Source of the DNA: Paraspadella gotoi
Taxonomy: Eukaryota > Animalia > Chaetognatha
DNA length: 35,573 nt
Direction: 5' to 3'
Assembly (NCBI GenBank): GCA_051294375.1
Contig: CM119264.1
Coordinates: 5,152,987 to 5,188,559, forward strand
Below, in pieces: positions 9,981-22,376 of the stretch. The number at the start of each line of letters is the position of its first letter. Position 1 is the first letter of the stretch. The translations under genes and the position numbers were made by a program. A model generated the notes under the pieces. It ran no database searches. It was not told the DNA's origin and saw only the letters and a list, made by a program, of their open reading frames with translations.

Positions 9981-10700
9981 TGCAACCTCCTCAACCAAAA
10001 CTTTAATCACCGGTTTAGATCTCAGCTGTAACCCTTGTAAGCTTAAGATTATGGTAGACTAAAATCCACCAACTGTTCATCAGCGGCTATTGGTGCCGGA
10101 GGCAAGTCATTCGCCTCCCAACCCAAAGGTCCAGGGTTCTAGCCCAGTGGTCGCCTAGCAGTTAAGAGGGACGGGGCACTTAACCCGCCTGTAACATGGT
10201 GTTATAGCCTGATTCGAAGCTCAGGTACTGCTTATATTGAACAGTTCTGTCACTAACACAATAATAATAACTGTTTCTTCATTGGTGAGCCCGACTTCGA
10301 CCACAACAGCAACAACAACACTTTCAGGCGACATGCCACAACCTGGCAATGCACTTTCCGCCAACAACACATCAGGTGACATGCCTCAATATGGTGACAA
10401 ACTTTCCACCAGCAACAACAATTCACTGAAAAGACACAACAGACTTCTCCCTACGGGAGACTAAAATCCACCAACTGTTCATCAGTTGGTGGATTGGATT
10501 GGATTGGATTGGTGCCGAATGCAAGTCATTCGCCTCCCAACCCAAAGGTCCGGGGTTCTCGCCCGGTGGTCGCCTAGCAGTTAAGAGGGACGGGGCGCTT
10601 AACCCGCCTGTAACATGGTGTTACAGCCTGATCCGAAGCTCAGGTACTGCTTATATTGAACGGTTCTGTCACTAACACAATAATAATAACTGTCTCTTCA
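9981..10700 (+). mobile_element. Short, internally deleted LTR retroelement (TRIM-like) with SINE-containing LTRs
   Basis: Starts TG (9981), ends CA (10700), 5-bp TSD AGATC (9976-9980, 10701-10705). LTR1 is 9981-10281; LTR2 (~10458-10700) is 5'-truncated. PBS TGGTGAGCCCGAC at 10283-10295 is one mismatch from the tRNA-Trp PBS TGGTGACCCCGAC. Confidence 0.75.
10083..10268 (+). mobile_element. tRNA(Gly)-like SINE inside LTR1; a second copy lies at ~10508-10688
   Basis: Acceptor-like stem GCGGCTA/TGGTCGC, loop CTCCCAA, T-arm CCGGG-GTTCTCG-CCCGG in copy 2, (AAT)n tail. Flanks AACTGTTCATCA and AACTGTTTCTTCA resemble a TSD. Confidence 0.7.
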
Positions 10701-11983
10701 AGATCAAGGTTAGGTTCAGTACATCCCGCCCAAACTTGAAGACATTATAAGACTAGCTCATAAACACTTTTTTACTAAAAGTATAGTTTTTTAAATTTGT
10801 TGGCAAAAATGAAACTGGCACTTGCATTGAAATACAAGGAGATGTTATGATATTGTTTATTCACATGAACAAACAAGTTATCTTGCCCTTGACTTTAGAC
10901 AGGTTATGGTATATAAAATATTTTTTACAATTATGAAATAAATGTACATACATACATTTATATTTAAATTTTAATGGATTAATCAATCACATTTAAAAAG
11001 CTATTACACTTTATTAGTTGTAAAAATTTACATATGTACCTAATTTTTCGAGATAGCTTTGAATATGTATATTTATCTACAAAATATAAATTGTAGCTAT
11101 TTATTCTGTCATTGTTTTACATCTGCACAGTGAAAGTGTTGCTTTCGGTTTGCGGACTGCTTCTGCCATCTCGTGATTTTCACACACTTTAAAAAAAATT
11201 ATAATCATTTTAAAAATTAATTATTCTAATAATTATTCTTTTAAAAAATGATTTTTTAATTATTTTACCTTACGACCAATTCTAATCTGGTTTAAAAATT
11301 AACAAAAAACGATTTTAAAATTGTTTTGTTATTCTATATGCCAATATAATATACTAATGTAAAGGGTGTATACTGTACAAGTTTTTATGATTCACTTATA
11401 ATTTTGATTCTATTTGATTTTAAAAATTTTTGCTGCTTTCGTACAAAATTTCTTATTGGGTTTGGTTTTCATTTTTCACTGGATTTACATATTTTATATA
11501 CTTAGCATGCTGCGCAAAAATAATCCTGGGTATTTTTTTACATTTTATAAGGATTTTCTTATTTTAAGGTTGAATTGTGTAGTACTTTACACTTATGTAG
11601 ACTTTGTTATTTTTAATAAATTGATTTTAATTTCAATCATGCTGAAGTAAAGAATTTTTTTTTAAACAGGTTGGTTCAGCTCATTCAGAACATCTTAGTT
11701 TCAATCGATACTCATATTGCCCTCAAAATTTAATAGGATTAGGTTGTAATTAATACTCGTAATTCAATGTAATTAATGTTATATAATTATTACATGTCGT
11801 TTTTTTTTCCACGTGATAAATAAATGGGCTTTTGACTATCCAATATTTCTATAATAAGAATCATTTCTTTATAATGAATTTTTTTAGAAAGATCCCTTTC
11901 TAATCAGTCGAAGAGATTTGAGTAAATTTTAAAGCAAACTTTTTTGGGGTTGTTTTTAGTTTTTATTTTCAGTATATTGTACC

Positions 11984-12236
11984 CACGAGCGGCGAGAGAA
12001 ATGGCGTGCCCCCCACTGGCCCCCTGGTCGGCCCCCCCAGCTCTCCATAATTTTAGTTTTTTTTTATTTTCGATTACCGACTTTCTGCTTTGAGAATTGC
12101 TCCAGTGCTCAAACTTCTCCCTCCTATTCTTTTTCTTTTATTTTTTTTTTTTTCTTTTTTTTCTTCTTCTTTCCTACTTTTTTCTCTCTTCTTCAGGCCA
12201 TCCCTGGCCCCTCTGCCCCCCTGCAATACACTCCTG
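11984..12236. mobile_element. Possible hAT-type MITE with GCCCCC subterminal motifs
   Basis: Ends CACGAGCG and CACTCCTG, repeated TGGCCCC motifs; no clear TSD. Confidence 0.33.
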
Positions 12237-12514
12237 TGCAAAAAAAAAAAAAAAAACAACAAAAAACGCGGACTTATAACTTGAAATTCCAGATTGCTCT
12301 ATGAGGACATTTTTAAAATTATAGAAAAGACAATTTCAGTGACTCTCATAACGACAAAAAACGAGAAACGCTGTCAATGATGATGACGAGAACGACGACG
12401 CGAGGACGACGACTGGTGAGGACCACGGAGACCGCGACGATGTCACGCCACATATGAAGGCAGACGACGACACGACGAGACGCAACCGTAACGCCTTTCT
12501 CTCACTCGCGTCTG

Positions 12515-12546
<32 letters not shown>

Positions 12547-13819
12547 AGAGAGAATTTTTTTTTTTTTTTTTCGTGTTTCTTTTTAATTTCGCAAATTGGG
12601 TACACGTTTTGCAGTTTTCGTTTTAGATTCTTGCGCTGAAATGAAAACGATCGTTTGCTTTTGTTTTTCGTCTTTTTTCGTCAACGACGTCGCTGCCTCC
12701 TTTTGTCTTTAAAATTCTTTAAACAAAGTTTTTTTTTCTTTAACAAAAAGTGATAACGTCGTTCGAAATCTTTTCAAAGCGGAAATAATAAAATAATTAA
12801 AAATAAGAGATAGGAATATGTTCCACAACTTTTTAAAATATTTTCGCACTTAAAATTTAAAACAGTATAATATTTTTTTTTCCTTTTCTTCCCTCTCGTT
12901 TTTTTATTGTTAAAATCGTCGGAAAAAGGGAAGTTTCCTTTTCAACACAATTTAATCGTAACTTCTTTGCGCCGCGCCGCGATTAAAAAGTCGTAAAGGA
13001 ATTGAAGATGAAGATGAACCTTTACAGAATATTTTGAACGCAGCAAAAATTTGTAACGTTTGAGTTACGAGTGCTGTTTTTGAATGTTTCCTATATTGTT
13101 CAATATTTAAAAAATAATCTCAATGCATAATTTATTCATGATGAAGAAATCTATGAAATAAAGTTAAAATAAAAAGCAACGGAAAAATAAAAAAAAAGGA
13201 AACAACGATGAGATTTGCTGGAGAAGAATCTCATTTCTCTTCTTGTCGTCTCGTCTCTCGAGCCTCTTGTCTCGTACTACAAATACTTTTTTTAGAATAA
13301 AATTTGTATAAAGTTATATCTAAAAGAATTTCTCTATTCTCAAACAGGCTCTATTTATCTTATCTTAATTACTCTATTATCCTGCTAACTCTACAAATAA
13401 AACAATCTGTTTTTACTCTTCTGAGGAACGGCGCTCCAAATAATTGTGGAACCATGAAGTTTTTTTACAACAAACGACGACTTAGAGTCACTCAATTCTA
13501 CTTCACACGTACGTATCTTTCACTTCACGACGAATTTGAGGCCAAAAAAAATCATCCTTGAGATCGCCGGCCGTTCGAGTGTCTCGGTCCTTTACCAGGC
13601 GCCTCAGCCGGCATAAAAGGTGACTCTCCTTTGAAGATGTTTTTTTGTACTAAAAACCAAAATCATTTATATATTCTAATTTCATATTGATTGGTTATGA
13701 TTTGACTTGGCAATGAGCTGATAAAATCTGCATTAAAAATCGTCTTTTATTTTTAAACTCTAATTTTTTTCTTTAATCTTTTTATCTAACTTTTTGATTA
13801 TTTTTTTCAAAAACTTTTA

Positions 13820-14415
13820 AATAAAAAAATATTATTATTGATATCTTCTGAAAGCTTTTGGAAATCATGATTATTATTATAATATATTAATTATATATAA
13901 TTAAAAATACTGTAATATAAAAATTAGCCGTATTTCAGCGTATATATCAACAAAGGTAATCAAAATTAAGATAACTGTAAAAATAAAAATTGCCAAAGAG
14001 CAGGTTTGGAATAATTATTAAATTATTTTAACCCTTTTAATTAGGTCTTCCTCAAGATTTTTTATGATACTTATATAAACAATAATTAATTTGATAAATA
14101 TAGTTTTAGAGAAAAACAAAGTGTATTTGTTTATTTACAACTATTTTTATTTTCGTAAATAAACAAATAAACTTTGTTTTTCTCTAAATCTACAAAAACA
14201 ACCAAACGAAAGGAAATTAACACAATGATAAATATAGTTTAAATACGTCAGATATTTGAAGAAATATATTTTAGGATTTTATTATTTCAATTTTGATTAC
14301 CTTGATTAAATTAAAGCTGGTTAAGTTTATTTTCATGTTACAATATTCTTAAAAATGTCATTCTCTTTAAATTTCTCCGAGCTTTCAGAAGATTTTAATA
14401 ATGATACCTTTTTAT
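13820..14415. mobile_element. Old palindromic MITE; also present in copy B at ~21289-21745
   Basis: ATCTTCTGAAAGCT vs AGCTTTCAGAAGAT, and AAGGTAATCAAAATT vs AATTTTGATTACCTT. Confidence 0.6.
14107..14225 (+). mobile_element. 119-bp mini fold-back insertion related to 7387-7925 (PLE-like), with a 15-bp TSD
   Basis: 32-bp arms (14107-14138, 14155-14186; one mismatch), 39-nt tail, perfect TSD TGATAAATATAGTTT (14092-14106, 14226-14240). The empty site is in copy B at ~21557-21572. Confidence 0.85.
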
Positions 14416-14757
14416 GTAAAATATATAAATGACTTTGGTTTTTTCTAGCGATGGGCCGTCGTGTGTCACCTTGTACTTTGAGGGCGCCGCTCGAACCTCT
14501 GCCCCCCAAGCGCCTGCCCGTTCATCGGCGACGCGACGTCGTCGTCAGCCACTTACATTACGAGGACGAAGCCAGAGTGTTACGCTCTGCGCCTCGTAAA
14601 AACTGATGGCGGTTTTTATGTCCAGTTCCCTCATGAGATGGCGCCATCGTCGCGGCGGCGGCGGTCGTTCAGCTTCTCCAAAAATATCGACTTGAAAAAA
14701 GAGAATAGAGAGAGAGAGAGAGGAGAGAGAGAAGAGAGGGAGAGAGAGAGAGAAGAC

Positions 14758-14808
<51 letters not shown>

Positions 14809-16200
14809 ACATCGGACCTCGATGAGAGGTAGAGAGTTTCAAGTGGAAATAAATTATGAGGCAGAATGCAAGATGGCGTAGAAAGATACAGATGATAACG
14901 ATACAGAATTACAGGATGGTTGAACTTTCTGTCAACTCTGAGGTTAACTCTTTTTTGTATCCGTTTACTCAGTAAATAGGTATGTACTGAAGCAGCAAAA
15001 AATGGCGAAAGAAGGAAAGAGCAAGAAAATTAACTTTTTTTTACTTTATAAATTTTTTATTCTAAATGATTCGATTATGAGACGATGATTAAAACTGTAA
15101 TCACGAATCCAAAATCAAGGGATGAAGACAATTAAGCCTCTTTATTGCGAACCTTTGCGTTAATAATGGAAAAGAATAAGATTAAACATTTAGAAAGTTA
15201 AACATTTAAAGTTAAACATTTAAGAAAGTTATTCAGCTACGGCCAAATCGCCTGCGACTTATCCTATCATTTTGATTCGGTTAAGTAGTTTAACTAATAA
15301 ATATAGTTAATAAGGGCGGTTCAAAATTGAACACTTTATAACTTTTTAATTTCTCTCAAAAAAATTCCTTTTTTCCTTCTATTACTAAATCGATTTCAAT
15401 GTAACTTGTTTGAATTAGTTCATTGGCGTTGTTGCACTGAAGCTTGTTAAATATTATTAATATATAACAAATGACAAAATTTTTTTTAAAAATTAGTTTT
15501 TTAAGAAACGGATGTGCCTTAGAACTTGAAAAGTTAAATGAAAGTTTAGTACTACAAATTTTTAAAAATTTTGACAAGAATGGTTAAAAACAGAAAGAAA
15601 ACGTTAAAAATCATCACATCATCCATCATTGGCTGAATTATTAGTTTTTTAAAATTTTATTAATAAAGAACAAAAAATTTTAAAATTTGTATTAATAACC
15701 TTCATCTAACTTTTAAAGCTCTATCAGAATCCATTAAAAAAAAATGAAACCATTTCAAAAAAAAATTTTTAACTTTATAAAAGTAATAAAATATCTTTAA
15801 ATGCTTCCGTGCGCTTATCAATATAGATAATTTTTTAAAATTATTTTTATATTTTCATTTCTCTAACAGTCACATTATCATTATTTATTTGAGAGATACT
15901 TTCTAGTTGTTTCAACCTGTTCGCCTAATAGTTAATACTGAATGGTTAGGGAATAGCGTTATGTGAAATTGTGAGTTCTGCCAAGCATCAATGCAATAGT
16001 GAAATATATATATATATTATACTATATCTAGTATATATATATGTTATTTTGAGCGACCGATGAAGCGAGAATTGTGACGCTTTTAAGAACACCAGTCACC
16101 CAGGTGCCATAAACCACAGAAATCGATATTAATCTTCATCTGTCCTCCATTTCAGTCACCGGCATCACCTTCCTCTATCATAGCATCACATATTCAGCAG

Positions 16201-17830
16201 TGGTGCTATCGACCCGGGCGCGAGAGCTCTCTCGCTGCGGCAGACGTCTGCGACGGCTGGTGCCACACCCGCCGCGCCACTCCGGCGGCGGGGCGGCGGC
16301 GGGCGGGCGGCGGGGCGGCCGCGGCGCGGCCGGGGCGGCTGCGCGGAGTCGTCGAGCCCCCATCCGTCGCCACTCTTTCCTGGTTGATTCGGTCGGTTTT
16401 CGATTTTGCGCTTGCCGGTCTCTGATAACGTCGGCGCGTCGCGTTATCCAGTACTGCGCGAAGCAGCGTTCGTTCGTTGTTCTTGCGTCTGCTGCGCGGC
16501 GGCGCTGCGTCGGTGGGTGCACATCGATTGATGCTGCTGACGATCGTTGTTCGTGCCTTGCTGTGTTGACTGGCTTGCCTCATTCGCTGCTGCCGTCAGG
16601 ACTGGGCCGCATTCTGCTGTCTGCATCGGAATTGCTGTTCTGCTCGGATTTGCTGTTGTGATCGGAAATTCTGCTGTTGCTGCATGTTTCAGACTGTCGC
16701 ACGATACTGCTGCTTTCATGTCGCATCTGTTGTTTGCCAGTCGATTGTTGTTGCACTGCGTACTTATCGGACGCTGCCGATTTTGCGGCAACATTCAAGT
16801 GTCTCCCATCATCGAAGTCCCGGCGGCGGTGGGGACGAACTAATTTCATTCGTCAGTTCCAGAGTTCGCTGGCACCCGGAGCGGGGATGTCTATGTCGTA
16901 TCTTTCCGCGAGGCTCTCTCATTTTCATGAGTTTCGCGCCCCCGACGTCGCCTCTTCGTCGATCCGAGGGTCGAGCGGCTTGCGTCGGCCTAGATTCCTT
17001 CCATGTGAGGACGTCGTCGATTTGGCTTACTATTCATTCTTTTATTTTTATACTGATATTAAGCTACATGTGTCATATACTTATGTATCGTTGTTGTTAT
17101 CCTTTCATACGGAACGTGAGCATCCGATGTCGAGCATCTGACGTACTCTTCCCTGAGTTTGACGATAGACTTACTCAGATTTTTTTTATATAATAACTAT
17201 TGATGTTTTTTATGTTAGATTTATTTTTATCCTTTCATTACACTTATCTCATTTCTCCGCAGTGGTCCATCGGCCAATTTTCGCGATCGTATTTGTTAAA
17301 TCGAGTGCTGATAATTTTGTATTACGGTTTTTTAGCAGTGTTAGCAGGTGTTACAGATCTATTGGGGTTTTTTTGTCCACTATTGTCTACCATACTTTTG
17401 GTTCTGAGAGACCTGTGCACCAGCTTTTATTGATATTCTTGCTGGCTGACTAGCATTTCCAGACGCTTTTTTTTGCACGATATTGGCTAGTGAAGATGTC
17501 TTTCACTGGCTTTATTAGCTTGTCCCTATATTTCCATAATTATAAGAGGTGCTTATGGATAGACATTTTTGGTAGTTTAGCTCGATAGTGACAGTATCAC
17601 GCATCCGCTGCTAGTTTTTTCACCCTTATATTTCAGACAATCATTCGACGAGGGATATTCTTAGCTACCGAGGTTCCAACCTGTTCTTATTTTTTTATTT
17701 TGGTGATTCAGATACGCAGGTTTGTAGCACCATTGCTATGACATGCCATCTTTAGTATGGTATTAGGCTGCTTTGGCAGGTTTTTTTGCTCCTGAGCTTT
17801 TTTCTAGCGATGCCTGATTATTTTACTGGT
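16201..17830 (+). mobile_element. Decayed BEL/Pao-like LTR retrotransposon 5' region (PBS, leader, gag remnants)
   Basis: CA followed by TGGTGCTATCGACCCGGG (resembles a tRNA-Gly PBS). Frameshifted fragments LFPEFDD, TYLIS, SADNF, LRDL, PTCSY..QVC and GCFG occur in the order expected for a DUF1759 gag plus zinc knuckles. Confidence 0.4.
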
Positions 17831-18428
17831 TTTTGATGATTTTAGATGTTTTAGTTTTTTTTGCATGTTTGACATTTACGTCAGTTTTTTTTTTAACGTT
17901 AGTGTTTATTTTATTGCGTATGTAATAAGTTACGTAAATAATTAATTTTTTCTTTCGTACATCGGATTTCTACGGGGTAAGAAATAAATTATGCCAACAA
18001 ATGAATGTCCTGCCGTCGTGCGTTTGGTTAAACATAAAAAAACCTGCAAAAAAAAAAAGATATTGTTTATATTATTGTAATGGCTACTTCAGAGAAAGTG
18101 CGAGCGAGAAATTAGGAAGAGTGGTTCAACCTGGTCTATGATGCGAATCATAGTACATTCCTGATTGTGATATAGTCCATCATTGATGCTCATGATAGTC
18201 ATTTACTGATGCGAATGAATAAACCAAATTATTGATGTAAATTTAAACGCTCTTATAGGAGCTGGAACCTCCCTGGTGCATAACTCCTAATGCGGGAAAA
18301 AAGTGATAAATTCTGGGATGCAACTATAAAATAACTAATTAGAAAAGTTTTGGCGCGACAATGCATCAATCCTCTCATTAACAGACTGTCTTTGAAAGAG
18401 AAGAAGAAAAGGGGGAAATAGGACATCA

Positions 18429-19051
18429 TACAGTAAAGGCGTAGTGAAAGTTACATACCAAAAATTCTAAAAAGTAATTATGAATAACAACCATCAGTGA
18501 ACATTAATTTGTAAAAAAATTATTTTATATGTTTTATTTTTTCGGCAGTAGGGTATATTTATATATACGTACCTATCGCTTATAAAGATCGAAAAATTTC
18601 AAATAGGCTTTTCTTAATTTTGATTGCAGATTTGAATTCCTCGTCAAAGTTGACTAAAAAAAATATAAATTTTTTTAAAAACTTCTTTCATAAGTGGTTC
18701 AGAAATTTAAAAACTATATTTAATACTATAAAAACAGTTAATTTCAGCTTAAATATAGTTTTTTAATTTTTTGACCGCATTAATAAAGGAATTTTTTAAA
18801 AAAAGAGTTATATTTCTTTTATCAATTTTTTATGACGAATCCAAATCTGCAAAAAAAATCTTTAAAAAACTGTTTTGAAATTTTTAACAATTTATTGGTT
18901 TAGTACGTAGTATAAATATGGCCTACTGCGTAAATTGAAATTTATTCTAAACTTTTTTATTATCAAAATGTTCATTAGTATACATGTTGTTCGTTCTCAC
19001 TTTAGAATTTAAATTAAAGTTGATTTAGGAATTTTATACGCCTTAAATATA
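18429..19051. mobile_element. Fully palindromic MITE with TA ends
   Basis: Inverted pairs AAGGCGTA/TACGCCTT, GCAGTAGG/CCTACTGC, TTGCAGATTTGAATTC/GAATCCAAATCTGCAA, AAAAACTATATTTAA/TTAAATATAGTTTTT; centre at ~18735. Confidence 0.72.
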
Positions 19052-20112
19052 CGTTGTGACAACAACCGAAGAATTAGTTATCATGTTTCAATTAAAGGGA
19101 GAGAGAGAGAGATGAAAATTAAATTACAGAGTAGTTACAAATTCACATCTTAAAATCTTGTTAAATAAGTCTTGAATGATAGGAACTCAAACCTTTCTTT
19201 AAAGGGTAGGTAAAATTAATAAACTTAAAGAAAATATATTAATTTCAAGAATCAAGTTTTATTGTGGGGGGGAACCCAAAAACCTTACAACTTACAACTT
19301 ACAACTTACAAGCATGGCTTGTTATTGATGAATGGATAATTTTTATATTGGTGTGTAACCAATTTCATAATGATGATATTGAAGAGACTTACTCGGCAAA
19401 AATGATTTGGAATTAATTGAGAAGAGTTTATTTTATTTTTTGAGCAGAATATAATGATTCGAAAATCATAAACGGTAAAAACAGAGAAACAAAACAAGGG
19501 AAAACAATTCACGGCGAGATAAACAATAATAAAAGATTCAGTTCAGTTGTGTGGGTCCAAATAAGTTGACCCACGGAAGCGGTCAAGTGTGGTTTCAATT
19601 GAAATATTCGCTCATTGTCGTCGTCGTCGTCCGTTGTAGTTGTCATGATTGCAAGATTAGGCAGCTACAATATGGGCAATTTATTACCTGATTTTTGCCT
19701 AGATGATCAAACAAATGAATAATTAAAACAATAAAACAGTGATAACATCATGATAATTGACTCTGTTGTGATATATAAATATAAACGAACAATATGATGT
19801 GCCATTTCTGGTGACAGCTTTAAGGCCACATTTGACGGCTTTCTCGATGAAGATGACTAACAACGGACAATAAGGGTTGACAGTTCACTTTGCCAGTTGG
19901 ACCACAATAACGAACCAAACGACGTCAATGATGAACGAACGAGGAAACTTCGACGACGAGGATCGACCGACGTTGAGGACGACGACGAATGAGACCACGA
20001 GACGCACGATGTTCAGCGCCCACAATATAAGGCAGCGACGACGACGACGACGACGACGAGCAACCGTAACGCCTTTCTCTACTCGCGTCTGAGAGAGAGA
20101 GAAGAGACGAGA

Positions 20113-20157
<45 letters not shown>

Positions 20158-22376
20158 TTTTTTTCGTGTTCTCTCTTTTAAACTTTCGCAAATTGGGTAC
20201 CAGTTTAAGCATTTTTCGTTATAGATTCTGTTGGCTGAAATGAAAACGATCGTTTGTTTTTGTTTTTTCGTTTTTTTTTCGCAACGACGTGCTGCCTTTT
20301 TTTTGGACTTAAAAATTCTTTTAAACAAAGTTTTTTTTTTTCATTAACAAAAAAGTGGAATAACGTCGTTCGAATCTTTTCAAAGCGGAATAATAAAATA
20401 TAATAGAAATAAGTAAGAGTAGGGAATATCTTCCACACTTTTTTAACATATTCTCGCACTTTAAAAACTTAAAACAGTATAATATTACTTTTCCTCTTGT
20501 CTTCCTTCATCGTTTTTTTATTGTTAAAATCTCGGAAAAAAGGGGAAGTTTTCCCTTCCAACACAATTTAATCCGTAACTTCCTTGGCGCGGCCGGATAA
20601 AGGTACGTAAGATAATGAGATAAGATGACCCTGAACAAAATATTTTGACGCACAAAAATTTGTAAACGTTGTTTGAGTTACGATCCTGTTTTTGAATGCT
20701 CCTCAGCATGGTATTTTAAAAAATATCTCATGCATAATTTATTCATGATGAAGAAATCTATGAAGATAAAGTTAAAATAAAAGAAACGGAAAATAAAAAA
20801 AAAGAAACTAACGATGAGATTTGCTGGAAAAAACTCGTTTCTCATTCTTGTCTATCTCGTCTCTCGACCTCGTTGCTCTCGTACTCCAAAATTTTTTTAT
20901 AATAAAATTTGTATAAAGTTATATCTAAAAGAATTTCTCTACTAATTCTCAAACAGCTCTATTTATCTTATCTTAATACTCTATTGATCCTACTACTAAC
21001 TGCACAAATAAAACAATCAGTTTGCTCTTCTGAGGAACGGCGCTCAAATAATTGTGAACCAATAAGTTTTTTACAACAACGACGACTGAGAGTCACTCAA
21101 TTCTACTTCACACGTACGTATCATCACTTCACGACGAATTTGAGGCCAAAAAAAATCCTCTTTTCCTTGAGTGTCTCGGTCCTTAACCAGGCGCCTCAAG
21201 CCGGATAAAGGTAACACACGACAACCGCAATTGCAAACCATTTGAAGATGTTTTTTTGTTACTAAAAAAACTTACTCAAAACTTTTAAATAAAAAATTTA
21301 TTATTGAATATCTTCTGAAAGCTTTTGGAGAATATGAAATTAATAATTTATATATAATAAATAATATAATTAAAAATCACTGTAATATAAAAATTAGCCT
21401 AATTCAGCTATATACAACTAAGGTAATCAAGAATTAAGATAACTGGTAAAAATAAAAAATTGCCAAGAGCAGGTTGGAATAATTATTAAATATTTAACCC
21501 TTTTTTAATTAGGTCTTCCTCAAACTTTTTATGATACCTATTAAACAATAATTATTTGATCAAATATATTTTAAATAGGTCAGATATTTGAAGAAATTAT
21601 TTTAGGAATTTTATTATTTCATTTTGAATTCTGAATTAAATTAAAGCTGGTTAAGTTTTATTTTATGTTACAAATATTTTAAAAATGTCATTCTCTTAAA
21701 TGTTCTTCCGGCTTTCAGAAGATATTATAAGATACCTTTTTATCTAATATATAAATGAACTTTTGGTTTTTCTGCGATGGGCGTCGTGTGTCACCTGTAC
21801 TTTGAGGGCCGCGCTCGAACCTCTGCCCCCCCCAAGCGCTTGCCCGTTCATGGCGGCGACGCGACGTGTCGTCAGCCACTTTACATTACGAGGACGAAGC
21901 CCAGAGTCGTTACGCTCTGCGCCTCGTAAAAATGATGCGGTTTTTATGTCCAGTTCCCTCATAGATGGCGCCAACGAAATTTCGTCGTCGTCGCGGCGGC
22001 GGCGGTCGTTCAGCTTCTTCCAAATATCGACTTGAAAAAAAGAGACAATAGAGAGAGAGAGAGAGAGAGAGGAGGACGAGAGAGAGACGACGAGAGAGAG
22101 GAGGAGAGAACATCGACCTCGATGAGTAGGTAGAGAGTTTCAAGGTGGAAATAAAATTATGATGGCAGACTCGCAAGTGCGTAGAAGATACAGATGATAA
22201 CGATACAGAATTACAGATAGTTGGACTTTCTGTCCAACTCTGTTAACTCTTGATTTGTATCCGTTTTAGCTCGTAAATTAGGTATGTACTGAAGCAGCAA
22301 AGAATGAAAAGAATCGAAGAGCAAGAAATTAACCGTTTTTTATAAGTTTTGATTCTAAAATTAATTCGATTATGAG

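Larger units (their letters stand above)
12375..16130 (+). repeat. Duplicated block, copy A
   Basis: Colinear with ~19925-24030, e.g. GCAACCGTAACGCCTTTCTCT, TTTGTATAAAGTTATATCTAAAAGAATTTCTCT, TGTGAGTTCTGCCAAGCAT. Confidence 0.92.

Noticed and set aside
10083-10157. Functional tRNA-Gly gene
   Set aside because: The anticodon stem does not pair, the T-loop is non-canonical, and a SINE-like body and (AAT)n tail follow.
10237-10464. 75-aa Ser/Thr-rich ORF as a host gene
   Set aside because: It spans the LTR end, PBS and leader; at most a truncated gag start.
16178-17193. Cluster of overlapping 89-169 aa ORFs
   Set aside because: No recognisable domains; explained by high GC content and scarce stop codons.
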